Part shown: piece by piece, positions 38,601-48,478 of the stretch | Layout: each line of letters opens with the position of its first letter | How positions within the stretch are numbered: the first letter of the stretch is position 1 | Assembly (NCBI GenBank): GCA_034780895.1 | Contig: JAUZTB010000094.1 | Coordinates: 2,023,246 to 2,087,245, forward strand | DNA: 64,000 bases | DNA from: Rhynchobatus australiae | Taxonomy: Eukaryota | Reading direction: 5' to 3' | The notes under the pieces: model-generated | What the model was told of the DNA's origin: nothing | Database searches by the model: none | What the model saw: only the letters and a program-made list of their open reading frames with translations | Position numbers and translations under genes: made by a program

Positions 38601-41600
38601 CAAGGAGGGTGGCTGAATGAGGAATGGGAAGGTGTGAGAGGGAGAAACATTGCTGCTGGATCAGAGGGGAAGGGTGGGTGAAGCAGGGGAGAGTCCACCA
38701 AGGTGGCTTCAAACTCGCCAGTGATGAGCTGCAGGAAGTTCAGCTTCAACCAGGCCATGTCCAGAGACTGGGCACAGTGAAGAAGACTCAGATTAGCACC
38801 CAGCAGGAACTTGGACGGGCAAATCCTTTGGAAAGGCGAAGGGTCGAGGCCCTTGGTGATCTTTGCTAAAGGGCTCTTGTAACCAAGTTGAAGAGTCAAG
38901 TTGTCACCCCCATTGAAAGATCAAGACCCTTCGAGATGTTTGCAAGATCACTGACCAGCCTCATGGTCTAATTAAAAAGGACAAGACACATGATGACCCA
39001 CCTGAAGGTTCAAGACCAGTGGTCAAAAAAAAGATAAGGTAAATGGCAATATTGTGGTTAGCTGACCCCAGCAAGGATTTTAACAGCCTGTGCATTGTAG
39101 GGATGGCAGAATTTCATGGTTCAGTGCCCCAGGGAAGAATTTATTAGAACAGGAGATGCTGCTATGCTGTCAGGACCCACAAGAAAATAGGAGCAGGCGT
39201 AGGCCACTCGGCCCCTCGAGCCTGCCCTACCACGCTGCTCTATGCTGACCTCAGCTCCTCTTCTGTGCCAGTACCCCATATCCCTCAATTACTTAATCTT
39301 TCAAATATCTTCTCCTTAAATATTTCTAATGATCCACCCTCCACCAGCCTTAGAGGCAGAGAATGCCAAAGATTCACCACCCTCTGTGGGAAGAAATTTT
39401 TACGCACCTGTTTTAAATGACTGGCCCCTTGTGTTTTAAGCATGTGCCTTTGTCTGTGACTCTCCCACTAGTGAAAACATCCCAACATCTACGTACCTGG
39501 CCAAACCCCCTGAGGATCTTGTATGTTTGAATAAGGTCACCTCTCATTCTTCTGAACTCCAAGGAATACAGACCCAAATTATCTAGCCTCTCTTGATAGG
39601 ACATTCCTCTCATCCCTGTAATTAGCCTGGTGAATCTCCTTTGGATTGCCTCCAATGCTACTTTATTCTTTTTTACAAAACTGTGCATAGTATTCCAGGT
39701 GTGAGTCTGACAACCGGAGACACAGCTGTTAGAAGAAACAAACAATCTGCTGGAGGAACTCAGCATGTCGAGCGGCATCCGTTGGGGGAGCAGAATCATT
39801 GATGTTTCAGAACCTGAATCATCAGCAGTTCCTTCCCTCCCCACAGATGCTGCTTGACCCGCTGTGATTCTGGCAACTTGTCACTTCCTGAAATGATAGA
39901 ATGGAATGGGCAGCAGACTATGGAGAGCTGCACTTTTGTCACATTGTGTGGACTTAAAAGGACAAATGCACGTGCTGAATGCAACGCTCAGCACTTGCGT
40001 TTGAATGGGCAACTGGAGACCTCAGCAGGGTGTGAGCATTGTCTTTGATTTGTCCAGGGCTGGTCCTGTCCAGACACCGATTCCACCCGTGACGACCTGG
40101 TGTACTTCGATCAGAAGTGCCTGACCTCCACTGAAGGCAAAGTGAAAGGCGAGGAAGAGATGGAGCTCATGCGGAGAAATAACAACCCCCTGGATTTAGC
40201 CGTGAGCCGCCTGGCAACATTGGAGCTGAACATAGAGCGGCGGTATCTGAAGGAACCGCTCTGTGCCCCCGCCACAAGGAAACTGGAGACCACAGCAAGT
40301 AAAGCTGCTGTCAAGGGTGGCTTCGAGACTGAAGTGAACAGGTAATCTACACTGTCACGGAGTAATACAGCATGGAATCAGGCCCTTCGGNNNNNNNNNN
40401 NNNNNNNNNNNNNNNNNNNNNNNNNNNNNNNNNNNNNNNNNNNNNNNNNNNNNNNNNNNNNNNNNNNNNNNNNNNNNNNNNNNNNNNNNNAAATTGGAGA
40501 ATTATTGAAAGGGGATCTATATCATGTGAAAATATTGAATAAATGGACTCCAAATATCTTCAAATTTCAGCGAAGGATCAACAGTACCACTCCTAATTTT
40601 TTTCCAAGTTTAAACATGATATAGTTTGAGAACCATTTACCCCCGTTTGCCCCATATCCCTCGAAACCTCTCCTATCCATGTACCTGTCCAAGTGTCTTT
40701 TAAATGTTGTTATTGTACCTGCCTCAACCACTTCCTCTGGCAGGTCGCTCCATGCACTCACCACCCTCTGCGTGAAAAGTTGCCCCTCAGATCCCTTTTA
40801 AATCTTTCCCCTTTCACCCTAAATCTATGCCCCCTAGTTTTTAGTTCCCCTGCACCGAGTTTTTGATTCACTGCAATACCTAGCTACATTCTAGCTTGAA
40901 TTTCCTAACTTGGTGTTGACCTTGAGGGATCCCACTGCTTACGGACAATATGGAAACCTCTCTGCGGTTTCTTCTTACCTAATGCAGGATAACGTGGTTT
41001 GAAGAGTTCTATGCCAACCCCCACCACTACCCTAGCTTGGACTGACACTTGGCCTTCATTGACAACTAGAATTTTAAGCAGATCAGTTGTTGGGACCACT
41101 GCAGAGGGGGACAGACCACTACTGAATTGTCTCCCTCGCCAACTGGCAACCACCGCCCCACCCCTGCCAAATACAATCAAAGACAAATTTCTCTTGGCAG
41201 TTTGTTGGTGCAGGGAAGTTCTGAGCTGGAATGGAGTCCTTGCCTCCCTGAGGTACACACACTCGCTTCCCAGCAGGGGCACTGGATACTGACCCGGACT
41301 GGTGACCTTTCTCTCTCACTAACCCTGGGCTTCTGAAGCCCACTCTCCCTGGAGACCAGCAGCCAACCATGTCCAGTCTGAAGGGCTCAGTACCACACCC
41401 AACCAATAAGGCTATCAGATAGCCTGGAAAATGTAAATCCCATGGCCTCCATTTACATTGAGGTGAAGGTTTATTTACTTTTGAATTCTGGAATATGAGC
41501 AGTCAACACAGAACTGATCAGCCCATCAAGTGTGTGTTGTCCATCAAGCATCTCTGCTTTTTCTCCCCACTTTCCCCATCAACACCTCCCACCCCCCCAT

Positions 41601-44600
41601 CATACTCCACCCTGGGGCAAGGGGATGGGGTGGGGAGAATTGATGGGGAATGTGGGAAGAATTAATCCACTGACCCACTTGTCTTGGGTGGAAACTAGAG
41701 CACCCGGAGGAGACCCACATGGTCACAGGGAGAACACATGCAAACTCCACACAGGCAGCGCCGGAAGTCGGGATTGAACCTAGGTCTCTGGCGCTGTGAG
41801 GCAGCAGCTCTACCCCCTGTGCCACTCTGCTGCCTCAGGTTCACCTCAGTGAAGGGGGAATCATTAACCTGCCATCTCTGGGTCTTCCAATTGGTTGTGC
41901 GCTGTGACAGTTACACCACTGTGGGCGGCAGACTGTGAACACTCATTGCTTGAGGGGCTTTCTTTGTGTCTGTTGCACAGCAATGAAGGTTCGATCCCTC
42001 CTGGACTGAGCTTGTGGCGGGAAACCTTGCTGAAGTGCACAAACGCTGCTCAGGTATTCATGTGCATCCAGCAGCTGGAGAAGTCCATCGCTTGGGAGAA
42101 GTCTGTTCTGAAAGTGGTAAGTCTGATAAATCAGTCCTTTAGTAAATGCAATTTGTCTAAATATCTACCTAATACATATGTTGCATCCACCTCCCCGTCT
42201 GTTGCCACCTCACTGCCCACCTGTCTTTCTGGATCCCATCTATTTATCAACAGCATCTGTCTGTCTGTCAGATTATGCTCCCTCTGCCTCCCCTCTCTTT
42301 CTCCACCTTCCCTCTCCCTCTCTTAAATATACTTGTTTAGTTCCCTACCAAAATGGCATCTGGGCTTGCATTGTGTTTCCAACACCTCCTGGTTATGTTC
42401 CCCCCTTCCCCTCAGGAGATCCACTGAGCTCTCCCTTCAGTCTGGCTGANNNNNNNNNNCCAACACTCAACAGGCCAGCTCCCCAGGGCAGGCTGGAGTC
42501 TTCCTCTGCCCACTGCTGTGCGTGATGTTGTACTGTGGTGAGCCGTGCAAGGGGATACCGTTTAATGTTTCAGGTTTGGTGCCCCCCATCAGAACTGGGA
42601 AAGAGAGATAATAAAGGTAATTTTAACTTACAGAAGGTGTGGCAGAGGAATGGATGGGACAAAGGGGATATCTTTGATTGGGTGAGACAAGGGCAGTAGG
42701 GTTAATGGGACAGTTGGAGGGTGAGTACATTTTCTATGTCTAGATTATGTGTTGTGGGACATGCCCAGCCAATAGAGAGAGAAAAACTGAGCCAAAATCA
42801 TGACTTGGAGCAGAAACAGCCAGTTCTGTTATGGACAGAGAAAGCAAATTGCCTGGCCAATGTGTTACCCCACATTGTGTCTCTTTAAAAAAATCTGTTT
42901 AAAAGCACTCTGAAAACTGTGGGAAGCCTCTATTGGGTGCATGCAGCATGCAGGGTCTCTGTACTCAGTCCTGATTCCAAAGCATAATGACAGTCCTTTT
43001 AAGGGTCACAGCCAAACCCAGGTGAAAACAGTAAAGCAGTGCCCTTTTCTGCCTTTATTTTGCAGTCATGTCAGATCTGTCGAAAGGGAAACAAAGATGA
43101 TTTGCTGCTGCTGTGTGACAACTGTGAACAGGGCTGCCACACCTTCTGCCTCAAGCCCAAGATTGTTGAAATCCCTGAGGAGGACTGGTTCTGTCCAATC
43201 TGTGTCAGCAAGGTACGGAGTACCAGTCTATGTCTGAATATCTTCCCAGCATCAGACACTGATTCATAATATAAACCTTTCTGAAGAGCACTAAGAATTA
43301 CTGGATTTCTTTATTGCTGGAACATCCAGTTCAGTACTCACCACCCTAGCTAACTTAATCGACAGCCCCACACAAAGGCTTCTTCCTTGCCCCCTCTCCT
43401 AAAGGTAGGGGCCCGTAACTGTGGAGGTATCCTGGCTAGTTATTGCCGTCCCTTCAGAGCCAAGGAGCGTTGGAGGGAACTAACGGGGTTAACACAGCCC
43501 AGACACTGCAAATCTTGTGCCGTGCATTCTCACTACAATCTGGGCCAGCTCTCCATGCAGAGAGCTGAGACAGTGAATGCAGAGCAGTGTACAAGCAAAC
43601 TCACCTGTAGAAGCAAGCACACAACTGCCTCTTTCACCGAGTTTACAGTCTAGTGACCCGTTTACATCTGGTTAGCTTAATTTTTGGCAACTCTTCTGCA
43701 CCTTGCTCCCTCTGACACACAACAAGCAGTGTGTTGGTGGGCTTCAGCCAACAGTGTGATGGGCACTCAAGGGTGGTGCGGGAACAGCTGAGGTATCTCC
43801 ACTCACCATCTAACATGTTGAGACAGACCCACTGCAGTGGAGGGGGATTGCAACCGATTGTGTGTGGTGCCGGTCACTGACAGGTTTTGTCTTGTTTCCA
43901 GGCGAACAGCCAGTCTGTCAGGCCTAGGTTGTCACGGAGTAAAATCAAGCAGAGAAGAAACAGGAAGCATCCTGCAAGAAAGGTTTGTGACATTGACAGT
44001 TTTGGTCCACTGTTTTTGAAAATACACGATGAAGAAAGGTCGAGATTATCTATCACCAGGAATGTTGACGTCACCGTGGTGAGCAGAGGGGTCCTGTGTA
44101 TGTGGGGACCATCTGGGCTCACCACATTGGGCGCGGTGGTGACTGTGGGGTCACCATAGCGGGCGTGGGGTTCACTGTGGGATCACCTTGGACTCACCAC
44201 AGCGGATTGGGAGACACTGACGAGTTTTGTCTTGTTTCTAGGCAAACAGCCACTCTGTCGAGCCTGGATCATTACCAACTAAAGGCAAGCATAGAAGATA
44301 CAGGAAGCGTACCGAAAACAAAGTCAGTAATGCCAGAGGTGTGGAATACTGCTCTGGGAAAAGGAGAAACAAAAAGAGGAGTAACTCCCTGTCACCTGGA
44401 AATGCACCTGCTACCAAGAGAAGGAGAATCTCAATCAAAAATGATCCAAAGGACCTTGCACTGTGCGAGTAAGTTCCAGCACAGAAGGAGCCTTGGTCTG
44501 GCCCGTCTGCTCCCTGACTCACTGCTGCTGCTTTCACTGATTCCATATATGTCCCTGGGTGTTAGCAGAATACTGATTACCTTCTCCTGGGTTTTGCCCC

Positions 44601-47337
44601 TCTGCTGAAGGTCTTGCCTTGGTGTGCTTTGGGTCCAGAGCACAAAACCTTAGAGGCACGGTGACATCTTGCCAACACCGACCCCAGTGTCCCGACTAGA
44701 ACTGAAGCATGGAATTCTTACGCTGCATCAGAACCACTCCCTGCAAATTACCCTCCCTCCCATCCCTGTCTGATTCCCACCTGATTGACCGTATCTCCAC
44801 CATGGATACAAGAAGTCAGTTTTGGGTCATTACTGCTCTCTGCATAAATAATTTCTCTCACACTTCCCCCTCCCCTTGTATCACTTAGCCAAAATACTAA
44901 ATCTGTGCTCACTAATGGAAATAGCTTCCCTCAATTTCGCCTGTCTAAACCAGGCTTCATCTTGTCCACCTCCGTCAGATCTCCTCTCAACCTTCTTTGC
45001 TCCAGGGAGGAGCACCCCTTGCTTCTCCCCTCAAAACTGGCAGCTGAAATCCCTCAATCCTGTAAGTGTTCCAGTAAATCTCCTCTGCAGTCTCTCTGGG
45101 ACCTTCACGTCCTTCCTATAATGTGGTGACCAGAATTACCTGTCTTTTACACCGGTTCAGTGAATGTTTGTACTCTATGCCTCTATTTATAAAGTCTGGG
45201 TAATCCAGTCTTCCCCAAAGCAGGGCATGCAATCCACTATCAGTGTGCATCCTGCTCAATCTGAGACTAATGCCGATCATTGTTCCCTGCAGGGTTATCC
45301 TCATGGAAATGGAATCCCACGAGGACGCCTGGCCCTTCCTGCACCCTGTCAACCCACGAATGGTGCCTGGTTACAGAAAGGTCATCAAAAAACCCATGGA
45401 CTTTTCCACCATCAGGGGCAAGCTCATTGAAAGGAAGTGAGTATCGTTGCCTTGAAGCTCAGTGACGGCTGAAGGTTGGCGAGAAGCACTCGAGTGAAAG
45501 GGAGTTGGGTGGGGCTTTTATTTCAGCGTGGGGGGGAGGTGGGTGGTGTTTAACAGGAAGAACCTTTCGTGCTTCTCATTGTGCATATTTGTGGCCAGAA
45601 TACTTCAGAAGTCGGTGATGGTGCTGGGCCTGGTGTTTGGATTTTATTTTCCTGATAAGATCCACACATGGAAAGGAGCATTCTTCCAGAGCACTCATTC
45701 CTCCTCAGAGCCTGGGGTTGGTCAGGTGGGCTAAAAACTGTCCCAAATGGCTCTGCCCCATGCAAGATGATGTATCAGGAGAGACTAGGGTTCCATGTGA
45801 AATACAAATACATAGAGGCAGTTTCTCCCTCCCAACCACTCCCTTGGGTGCTAAGTTAGAGGCTACAAATACTTTAAAGAAAAAACAGATTTTGTATTTC
45901 TGAACTTTGAGGCCATTTTGCGAATGAGTCAACAGTAACTTGCATGGAATGAATCTCTGTCGAATCAGATCTTTTGGTTCCATATAAACCCGACACATGA
46001 CAGAATAAAGATCAGTTCAAAAGAAGACTGCCACCCATGTTTTCCAAATTTATTGAGTGTGATCTGCCTGGGATTACTGACCACTGTGAGTGCTCTTTAA
46101 CTCCCATGTGTGGAAAGTTGCTTCACCTTGAAGGTAATTTTCAGTCAGATTTTCCTGATAATTGGAAATGCCTGATTGGGGGAAACAGCAACAGTGTAAA
46201 TAAAAATCAAAGTCAAAGTTGAGTTTATTGTCATATGTACAAGTCCATGTGTGCAAAGGTGCAATGAAAAACTTACCTGCAGCAGCATCACAGGCACACA
46301 GCATCAGAGACACAACATTCACAGGAAAATCATAAATTATACGTGAATTATACACAATTTTTACAAGGAAGAACACAATTAGAAAAAAAAAGTCCATTTT
46401 AGTGCTAAGTGATCAAAGTGGTCATCGTGTTGCTAAACTGTAGTGATTTAGGGTTGTGCCAGTTGGTTGAAGAACCGAATGGTTGAAGGGAAGTGGCTGT
46501 TCCTGAACCTGGTGGTGTGGGGACTTCAGGCTTCTGTACCTCCTGCNNNNNNNNNNNNNNNNNNNNNNNNNNNNNNNNNNNNNNNNNNNNNNNNNNNNNN
46601 NNNNNNNNNNNNNNNNNNNNNNNNNNNNNNNNNNNNNNNNNNNNNNGTGGGGACTTCAGGCTTCTGTACCTCCTGCCTGATGGTAGCTGCGAGAAGATGG
46701 CCCGGCCCGGATGGTGGGGATCTTTGATGATGAATGTTGCCTTCTTGAGGCGGCGCCTCCTGTAGATGCTCCTGATGGTGGGGAGGGGTGTGCCCGTGAT
46801 GTATTAAGCAGCCTGTGTGTCACAACTGAGTTCATCTCAAGTCCTGTTGAGCGGCAGTGTGTCTGGTCTGTAAATGTGAGCCAAGCAAGTGTCGGTTTGT
46901 GCTTCCTATTGTCTGCCCACGCACACCCTTCTACCAGAGGCACTGCTTTATTGCTTACAGGTCTGCAGCACTAACACCAGTCCTTCCTCCCTGACAGTCT
47001 CACTCAGCTTGGACCAGGGTTAAAGCACACACTTCCCTGCTCTGTGTGGCTCAGCACTGGACTGGGCAGTGGACCTGCAGACAAAGCCACAAACTACACA
47101 GAGCTGTGGAGTGGGATAGAGGGAGGGCTGACAGCTGTTTCTCAAAGGGTACTAACTTTTTTAACCTGCCCTCTCCTGTACAGATACACAAGCTGCAAGG
47201 AGTTTGCTGCGGACGCTCATTTGGTGTTCGATAACTGCCTGAACTTCAACGAAAACAGCTCCGAGATTGGGCAGGCAGGGAATGTCATGAAGAAGTTCTT
47301 TGAGAGTCGATGGGCTGAGTTTTATCATTCGAGTTAG
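8241..47337 (+). CDS. BAZ2A: BAZ2A/TIP5 (bromodomain adjacent to zinc finger domain 2A), spliced gene span with 23 coding exons in the window
   Basis: Manually joined exons have GT-AG sites and matching phases and give one open frame (3972 nt from ATG 8249 to TAG 47337). Domain order is TAM/MBD, AT-hook, DDT, WHIM1/2/3, PHD, bromo. BAZ2A-type motifs are REHFSFSPRM, EMKKPTEDL.LTDH, RKNKWIV, LHPRGIREKALHK, ILMEMESH and FFESRW.EFY. Confidence 0.93.
10245..10287. repeat. (CA)n microsatellite
   Basis: Direct inspection; explains the HTHTHT and VCVCVC ORFs. Confidence 0.98.
12950..13680 (-). mobile_element. CR1-type LINE 3' fragment
   Basis: ORF 13225..13587 carries CR1 RT C-terminal motifs (EYKSREV.L..Y..L.R.QLE...[19 protein letters not shown]). 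Confidence 0.88.
13973..14081 (+). CDS. BAZ2A: BAZ2A exon, TAM/MBD: WKREIRIKTVGNRLHGETTYYAPCGKKLRQFPDVIK
   Basis: Acceptor tctttgtcag and donor AAG|gtaatt; MBD-fold signature. Confidence 0.93.
15719..15820 (+). CDS. BAZ2A: BAZ2A exon, TAM: YLIRNEITELGREHFSFSPRMNVGEFFEMKENPE
   Basis: Acceptor tttttcag and donor GAG|gtttgt; lies within ORF 15578..15889. Confidence 0.93.
16476..16686 (+). CDS. BAZ2A: BAZ2A exon, end of TAM plus AT-hook 1 (GDQWYKLSAEE...RRGRPPN...DAKLMKKLEQQ)
   Basis: Acceptor gatttcttcag and donor G|gtacaa; phase 0 to 1. Confidence 0.92.
17205..17600 (+). mobile_element. Deu-domain SINE (SacSINE1/AmnSINE-like), degenerate
   Basis: tRNA-like head (gtgggttcaag), Deu core (ggtggatgtaaaatgtcccatgg...gggagttctccccagtg..ctg) and L2-like tail (aaggtgctgtagaaatgca). 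A reverse copy lies at about 34190-34690. Confidence 0.7.
17620..18250 (+). mobile_element. tRNA-head SINE with (tatct)n tail, interrupted by an LTR-type insertion
   Basis: ggcacggtagtgtagcagttagcataatgctattac...agcacc..acccgggttcaattccc..., ending taataaaggtatcttatcttatctt. A reverse copy lies at about 37690-38195. Confidence 0.85.
17658..17982. mobile_element. LTR-type insertion (solo LTR or collapsed element) with 5-bp TSD ATTAC
   Basis: Ends TGTCA...TGACA; ATTAC at 17653-17657 and 17983-17987; splits a SINE cleanly; has an internal N gap. Confidence 0.8.
19786..19847 (+). CDS. BAZ2A: BAZ2A exon: AVLNPKETQILKALMNKLKQK
   Basis: Acceptor aacttttag and donor AAG|gtattt. Phase 1 to 0 is needed to bridge the flanking exons. 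Confidence 0.8.
20613..20649. repeat. (TG)n microsatellite
   Basis: Direct inspection. Confidence 0.98.
20840..20980 (+). CDS. BAZ2A: BAZ2A exon, coiled coil ending EMKKPTEDLYLTDHK
   Basis: Acceptor ttctttccaacag and donor AAG|gtagtc; conserved pre-DDT motif. Confidence 0.92.
21440..21980 (+). repeat. G-rich minisatellite, unit about 31-33 bp (cacactg[t]gggaggggcagtactgagggagggt)
   Basis: More than 10 visible tandem units; an N gap inside the array means the true length is unknown. Confidence 0.95.
22124..22378 (+). CDS. BAZ2A: BAZ2A exon, DDT domain (PLPEFNRIAGL...AFSDCLTVFEFLHTYGKVLGF...LQEGLL)
   Basis: Acceptor tgtttgcag and donor CAG|gtacgg; ORF 22112..22402. Confidence 0.95.
22560..23040 (+). 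mobile_element. CR1-type LINE fragment, degenerate
   Basis: MVRPQLECCVQFW...[10 protein letters not shown] motif in ORF 22791..23003. Confidence 0.8.
24057..24271 (+). CDS. BAZ2A: BAZ2A exon, WHIM1 (NVSEVLRIFLEAYG...KASVLAFLVNEL)
   Basis: Acceptor ctttactag and donor AG|gtaagt; translated by hand. Confidence 0.94.
25120..25194 (+). CDS. BAZ2A: BAZ2A exon: EIDKNLCQRANIRKNKWIVDGKLRR
   Basis: Acceptor ggtgtag and donor AG|gtaagg; conserved motif. Confidence 0.92.
25572..25764 (+). CDS. BAZ2A: BAZ2A exon: LRRTLAKKRG...KKTEGIKT
   Basis: Acceptor ttggcag and donor ACG|gtaaat; ORF 25525..25902. Confidence 0.88.
27860..29140 (+). repeat. Degenerate minisatellite, unit about 50 bp (cacactcccagggtcagacacag..gtgaagctcc...), split by a Penelope fragment
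   Basis: Tandem units at 27860-28120 resume at about 28825-29140. Confidence 0.75.
28125..28825 (+). mobile_element. Penelope-like element fragment
   Basis: CSQDEAFHSRTSEMSSFF...PGTFPCNCRR..TC motifs (ORF 28145..28669), homologous to the element at 545-1020. Confidence 0.8.
29443..29505 (+). CDS. BAZ2A: BAZ2A exon: EHEQLSTSVSELSCQIEKLSK
   Basis: Acceptor ccccatctcag and donor AAG|gtgagt; QIEKLSK motif. Confidence 0.92.
30932..31076 (+). CDS. BAZ2A: BAZ2A exon, WHIM2/WSD (LGRDRFRRRYWVFPHLSGVFVEG)
   Basis: Acceptor tttccatag and donor G|gtaagg. Confidence 0.95.
31761..31975. mobile_element. Fold-back (palindromic) Penelope-terminus-derived mini-element with about 20-bp flanking direct repeat
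   Basis: Arms aaaaacagaaaatgctggaagaattcagccagt and actggctgagttcttccagcattttctgttttt; acactgttcaac(ac)gttaatg on both flanks. Confidence 0.75.
32086..32699 (+). CDS. BAZ2A: BAZ2A large linker exon (contains QWFSLLPRIPCD)
   Basis: Acceptor ctctccaccag and donor CAG|gtacgt; ORF 31974..32894. Confidence 0.88.
33144..33390 (+). CDS. BAZ2A: BAZ2A exon with C-terminal AT-hook (PKRRGRPSKFLK)
   Basis: Acceptor ctctcttgcag and donor G|gtgaga. Confidence 0.92.
35972..36127 (+). CDS. BAZ2A: BAZ2A exon, WHIM3 (EMQKGWW...LHPRGIREKALHKQL)
   Basis: Acceptor tcttttgtag and donor G|gtaggg. Confidence 0.95.
36240..36990 (-). mobile_element. CR1-type LINE 3' fragment
   Basis: SKFADDSKI RT motif (ORF 36722..36934) and the typical tail catagaacagtacag.acaggaacaggcccttcagccc. 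Confidence 0.88.
37243..37400 (+). CDS. BAZ2A: BAZ2A exon (…DLEVLQYLEELEQRVISASLQVE)
   Basis: Acceptor ctcctgctcag. The donor is either GAG|gtgctg (37400) or CAG|gtggag (37394); both are in frame. Confidence 0.88.
39180..39700 (-). mobile_element. CR1-type LINE 3' fragment
   Basis: ALEAIQRRFTRLI.GMRGMSYQERL..LGLYSLEFRRMRGDLIQTYKIL in ORF 39413..39844. Confidence 0.9.
40058..40341 (+). CDS. BAZ2A: BAZ2A exon (GWSCPDTDSTRDDLVY...NNPLDLAVSRLATLELNIERRYLKEPL)
   Basis: Acceptor tttgtccag and donor AG|gtaatc. Confidence 0.94.
40630..40850 (-). mobile_element. CR1-type LINE 3' end fragment
   Basis: W..LPEEVVEAGTITTFKRHLDRYM motif. Confidence 0.85.
41981..42116 (+). CDS. BAZ2A: BAZ2A exon (…LWRETLLKCTNAAQVFMCIQQLEKSIAWEKSVLKV)
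   Basis: Acceptor tgttgcacag and donor GTG|gtaagt; SIAWEKS motif. Confidence 0.95.
43066..43212 (+). CDS. BAZ2A: BAZ2A exon, PHD finger (C4HC3 intact)
   Basis: SCQICRKGNKDDLLLLCDNCEQGCHTFCLKPKIVEIPEEDWFCPICVSK; acceptor ttttgcag and donor AAG|gtacgg. Confidence 0.96.
43902..43982 (+). CDS. BAZ2A: Putative 81-nt symmetric cassette exon ANSQSVRPRLSRSKIKQRRNRKHPARK, a duplicate of the 5' part of the next exon
   Basis: Acceptor ttttgtcttgtttccag and donor AAG|gtttgt; phase 0 to 0 with no stop; clearly paralogous to 44242-44322. Confidence 0.65.
44242..44468 (+). CDS. BAZ2A: BAZ2A exon, PHD-bromo linker (ANSHSVEPG...PATKRRRISIKNDPKDLALCE)
   Basis: Acceptor ttttgtcttgtttctag and donor GA|gtaagt; ends in the DL..CE start of the bromodomain. 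Confidence 0.92.
44800..45230 (-). mobile_element. CR1-type LINE fragment
   Basis: FINRGIEYK motif and an aatctcctctgca.tctctc block shared with the other CR1 copies. Confidence 0.75.
45293..45436 (+). CDS. BAZ2A: BAZ2A exon, bromodomain (ILMEMESHEDAWPFLHPVN...YRKVIKKPMDFSTI)
   Basis: Acceptor tccctgcag and donor AA|gtgagt; WPF shelf and PMD motif. Confidence 0.96.
46205..46800 (-). mobile_element. LINE 3' end (Rex1/L2-like), with gap
   Basis: aagtcaaagttgagtttattgtcat tail and ctgttcctgaacctggtggtgtgg block typical of this repeat class; family assignment is tentative. Confidence 0.6.
47184..47337 (+). CDS. BAZ2A: BAZ2A last coding exon, bromodomain C-terminus (…VFDNCLNFNENSSEIGQAG…FFESRWAEFYHSS*)
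   Basis: Acceptor tcctgtacag; the acetyl-lysine-binding Asn (FNE) is retained; stop TAG. Confidence 0.96.
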
Positions 47338-48478
47338 AGTGTCACCAGGAGGTCAGGGGAAAAGGAAATGGTATAGATCATGGTAAAACCCAATAACACT
47401 GCCTCTCACCACTGAAGCTCTGTGTGACTTGGTGACTGCTTAGATTGGAAACAACACAGGTTTTGGCAGTTTCTCTTGGCTTTCTTTGGATTTCAATCCT
47501 TGGTATTTTTTAAACAAAAACCTATCTTCAATGTGTCAGACTTAGCTTTTAGGTGCCGAGGTTGAATATATGGAGTATGGATATGACAATGAGGAATGTA
47601 CTGTAGATCTCCCAGTACCACTTGGCTTTGCTGGAGATCACTATAGTTAAACAACAATTGGTGTAAAGCCACCACTCATTAGTTTCACTAAAGGGTGAGA
47701 ATAAGATGCTTAACTAGGAACATGGCAAATTAATTATATTGTTCATTACAGTTCCTCAAATTCATTAATTAGTGCTGACTGGGATTTAAAACTACACACT
47801 CTCTTCCTCCTGGGCTGGTTATTCATGTCACTTTGTCACACCAGGAGCTTTCACTGAATTGTTTGACACTGGTCCTTTCCAACCCAAGAGATTCACTCAT
47901 TTCCCCATCGAAACCTTGTTGAAGATGACTTGTGAAGTCGATATTGTATCACTGTCAGGGGCATGGCAGGCCAACATTTGTTTAGTCTGAACTGTGTGAT
48001 CTTTGCTTTCATATTTGAGGAAGTGCAGGGGCTGGAGAGAAGGCAAACCAAATGTAACAGCCAAGGGCTGTGTGCCATAGACATAGTTTGACTCTAACTC
48101 ATGTTGTCTGAGGTCATTGCAGGAAACATTCCACCTCCCTGAAGCAGCAGCCTCCCAAGATCCCATCCAAAACATTCCAGAGACTCGCCAAATCTTTCTT
48201 TTGGTCTGACCCTCTCTCCCCTCCCCACCACCCCCAGCCTTCCCAAATGATACAGACATCCTCACTCACAAGTAAGATAAGCAGTACAAAGAGATGAAAG
48301 GGATATATTTACCAGTAGGCTCGGATTTCGCTATTATCTATTTATATTTGTGTCATTTAGTAAATATTATTATTTATGTTTTATGTCGTAGTTTTGCACT
48401 GAGCTACAGTACTGTACTATGTGTTCAAGGGCAGTCTGAAACAATGAGTTCCCAATCTAGGCATCGGAATGGCGCCCT
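47338..48478 (+). other. BAZ2A 3' UTR (3' end not determined; runs into an N gap)
   Basis: Repeat-poor sequence after the stop, with AU-rich tatttat tracts at about 48330-48390. Confidence 0.6.
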
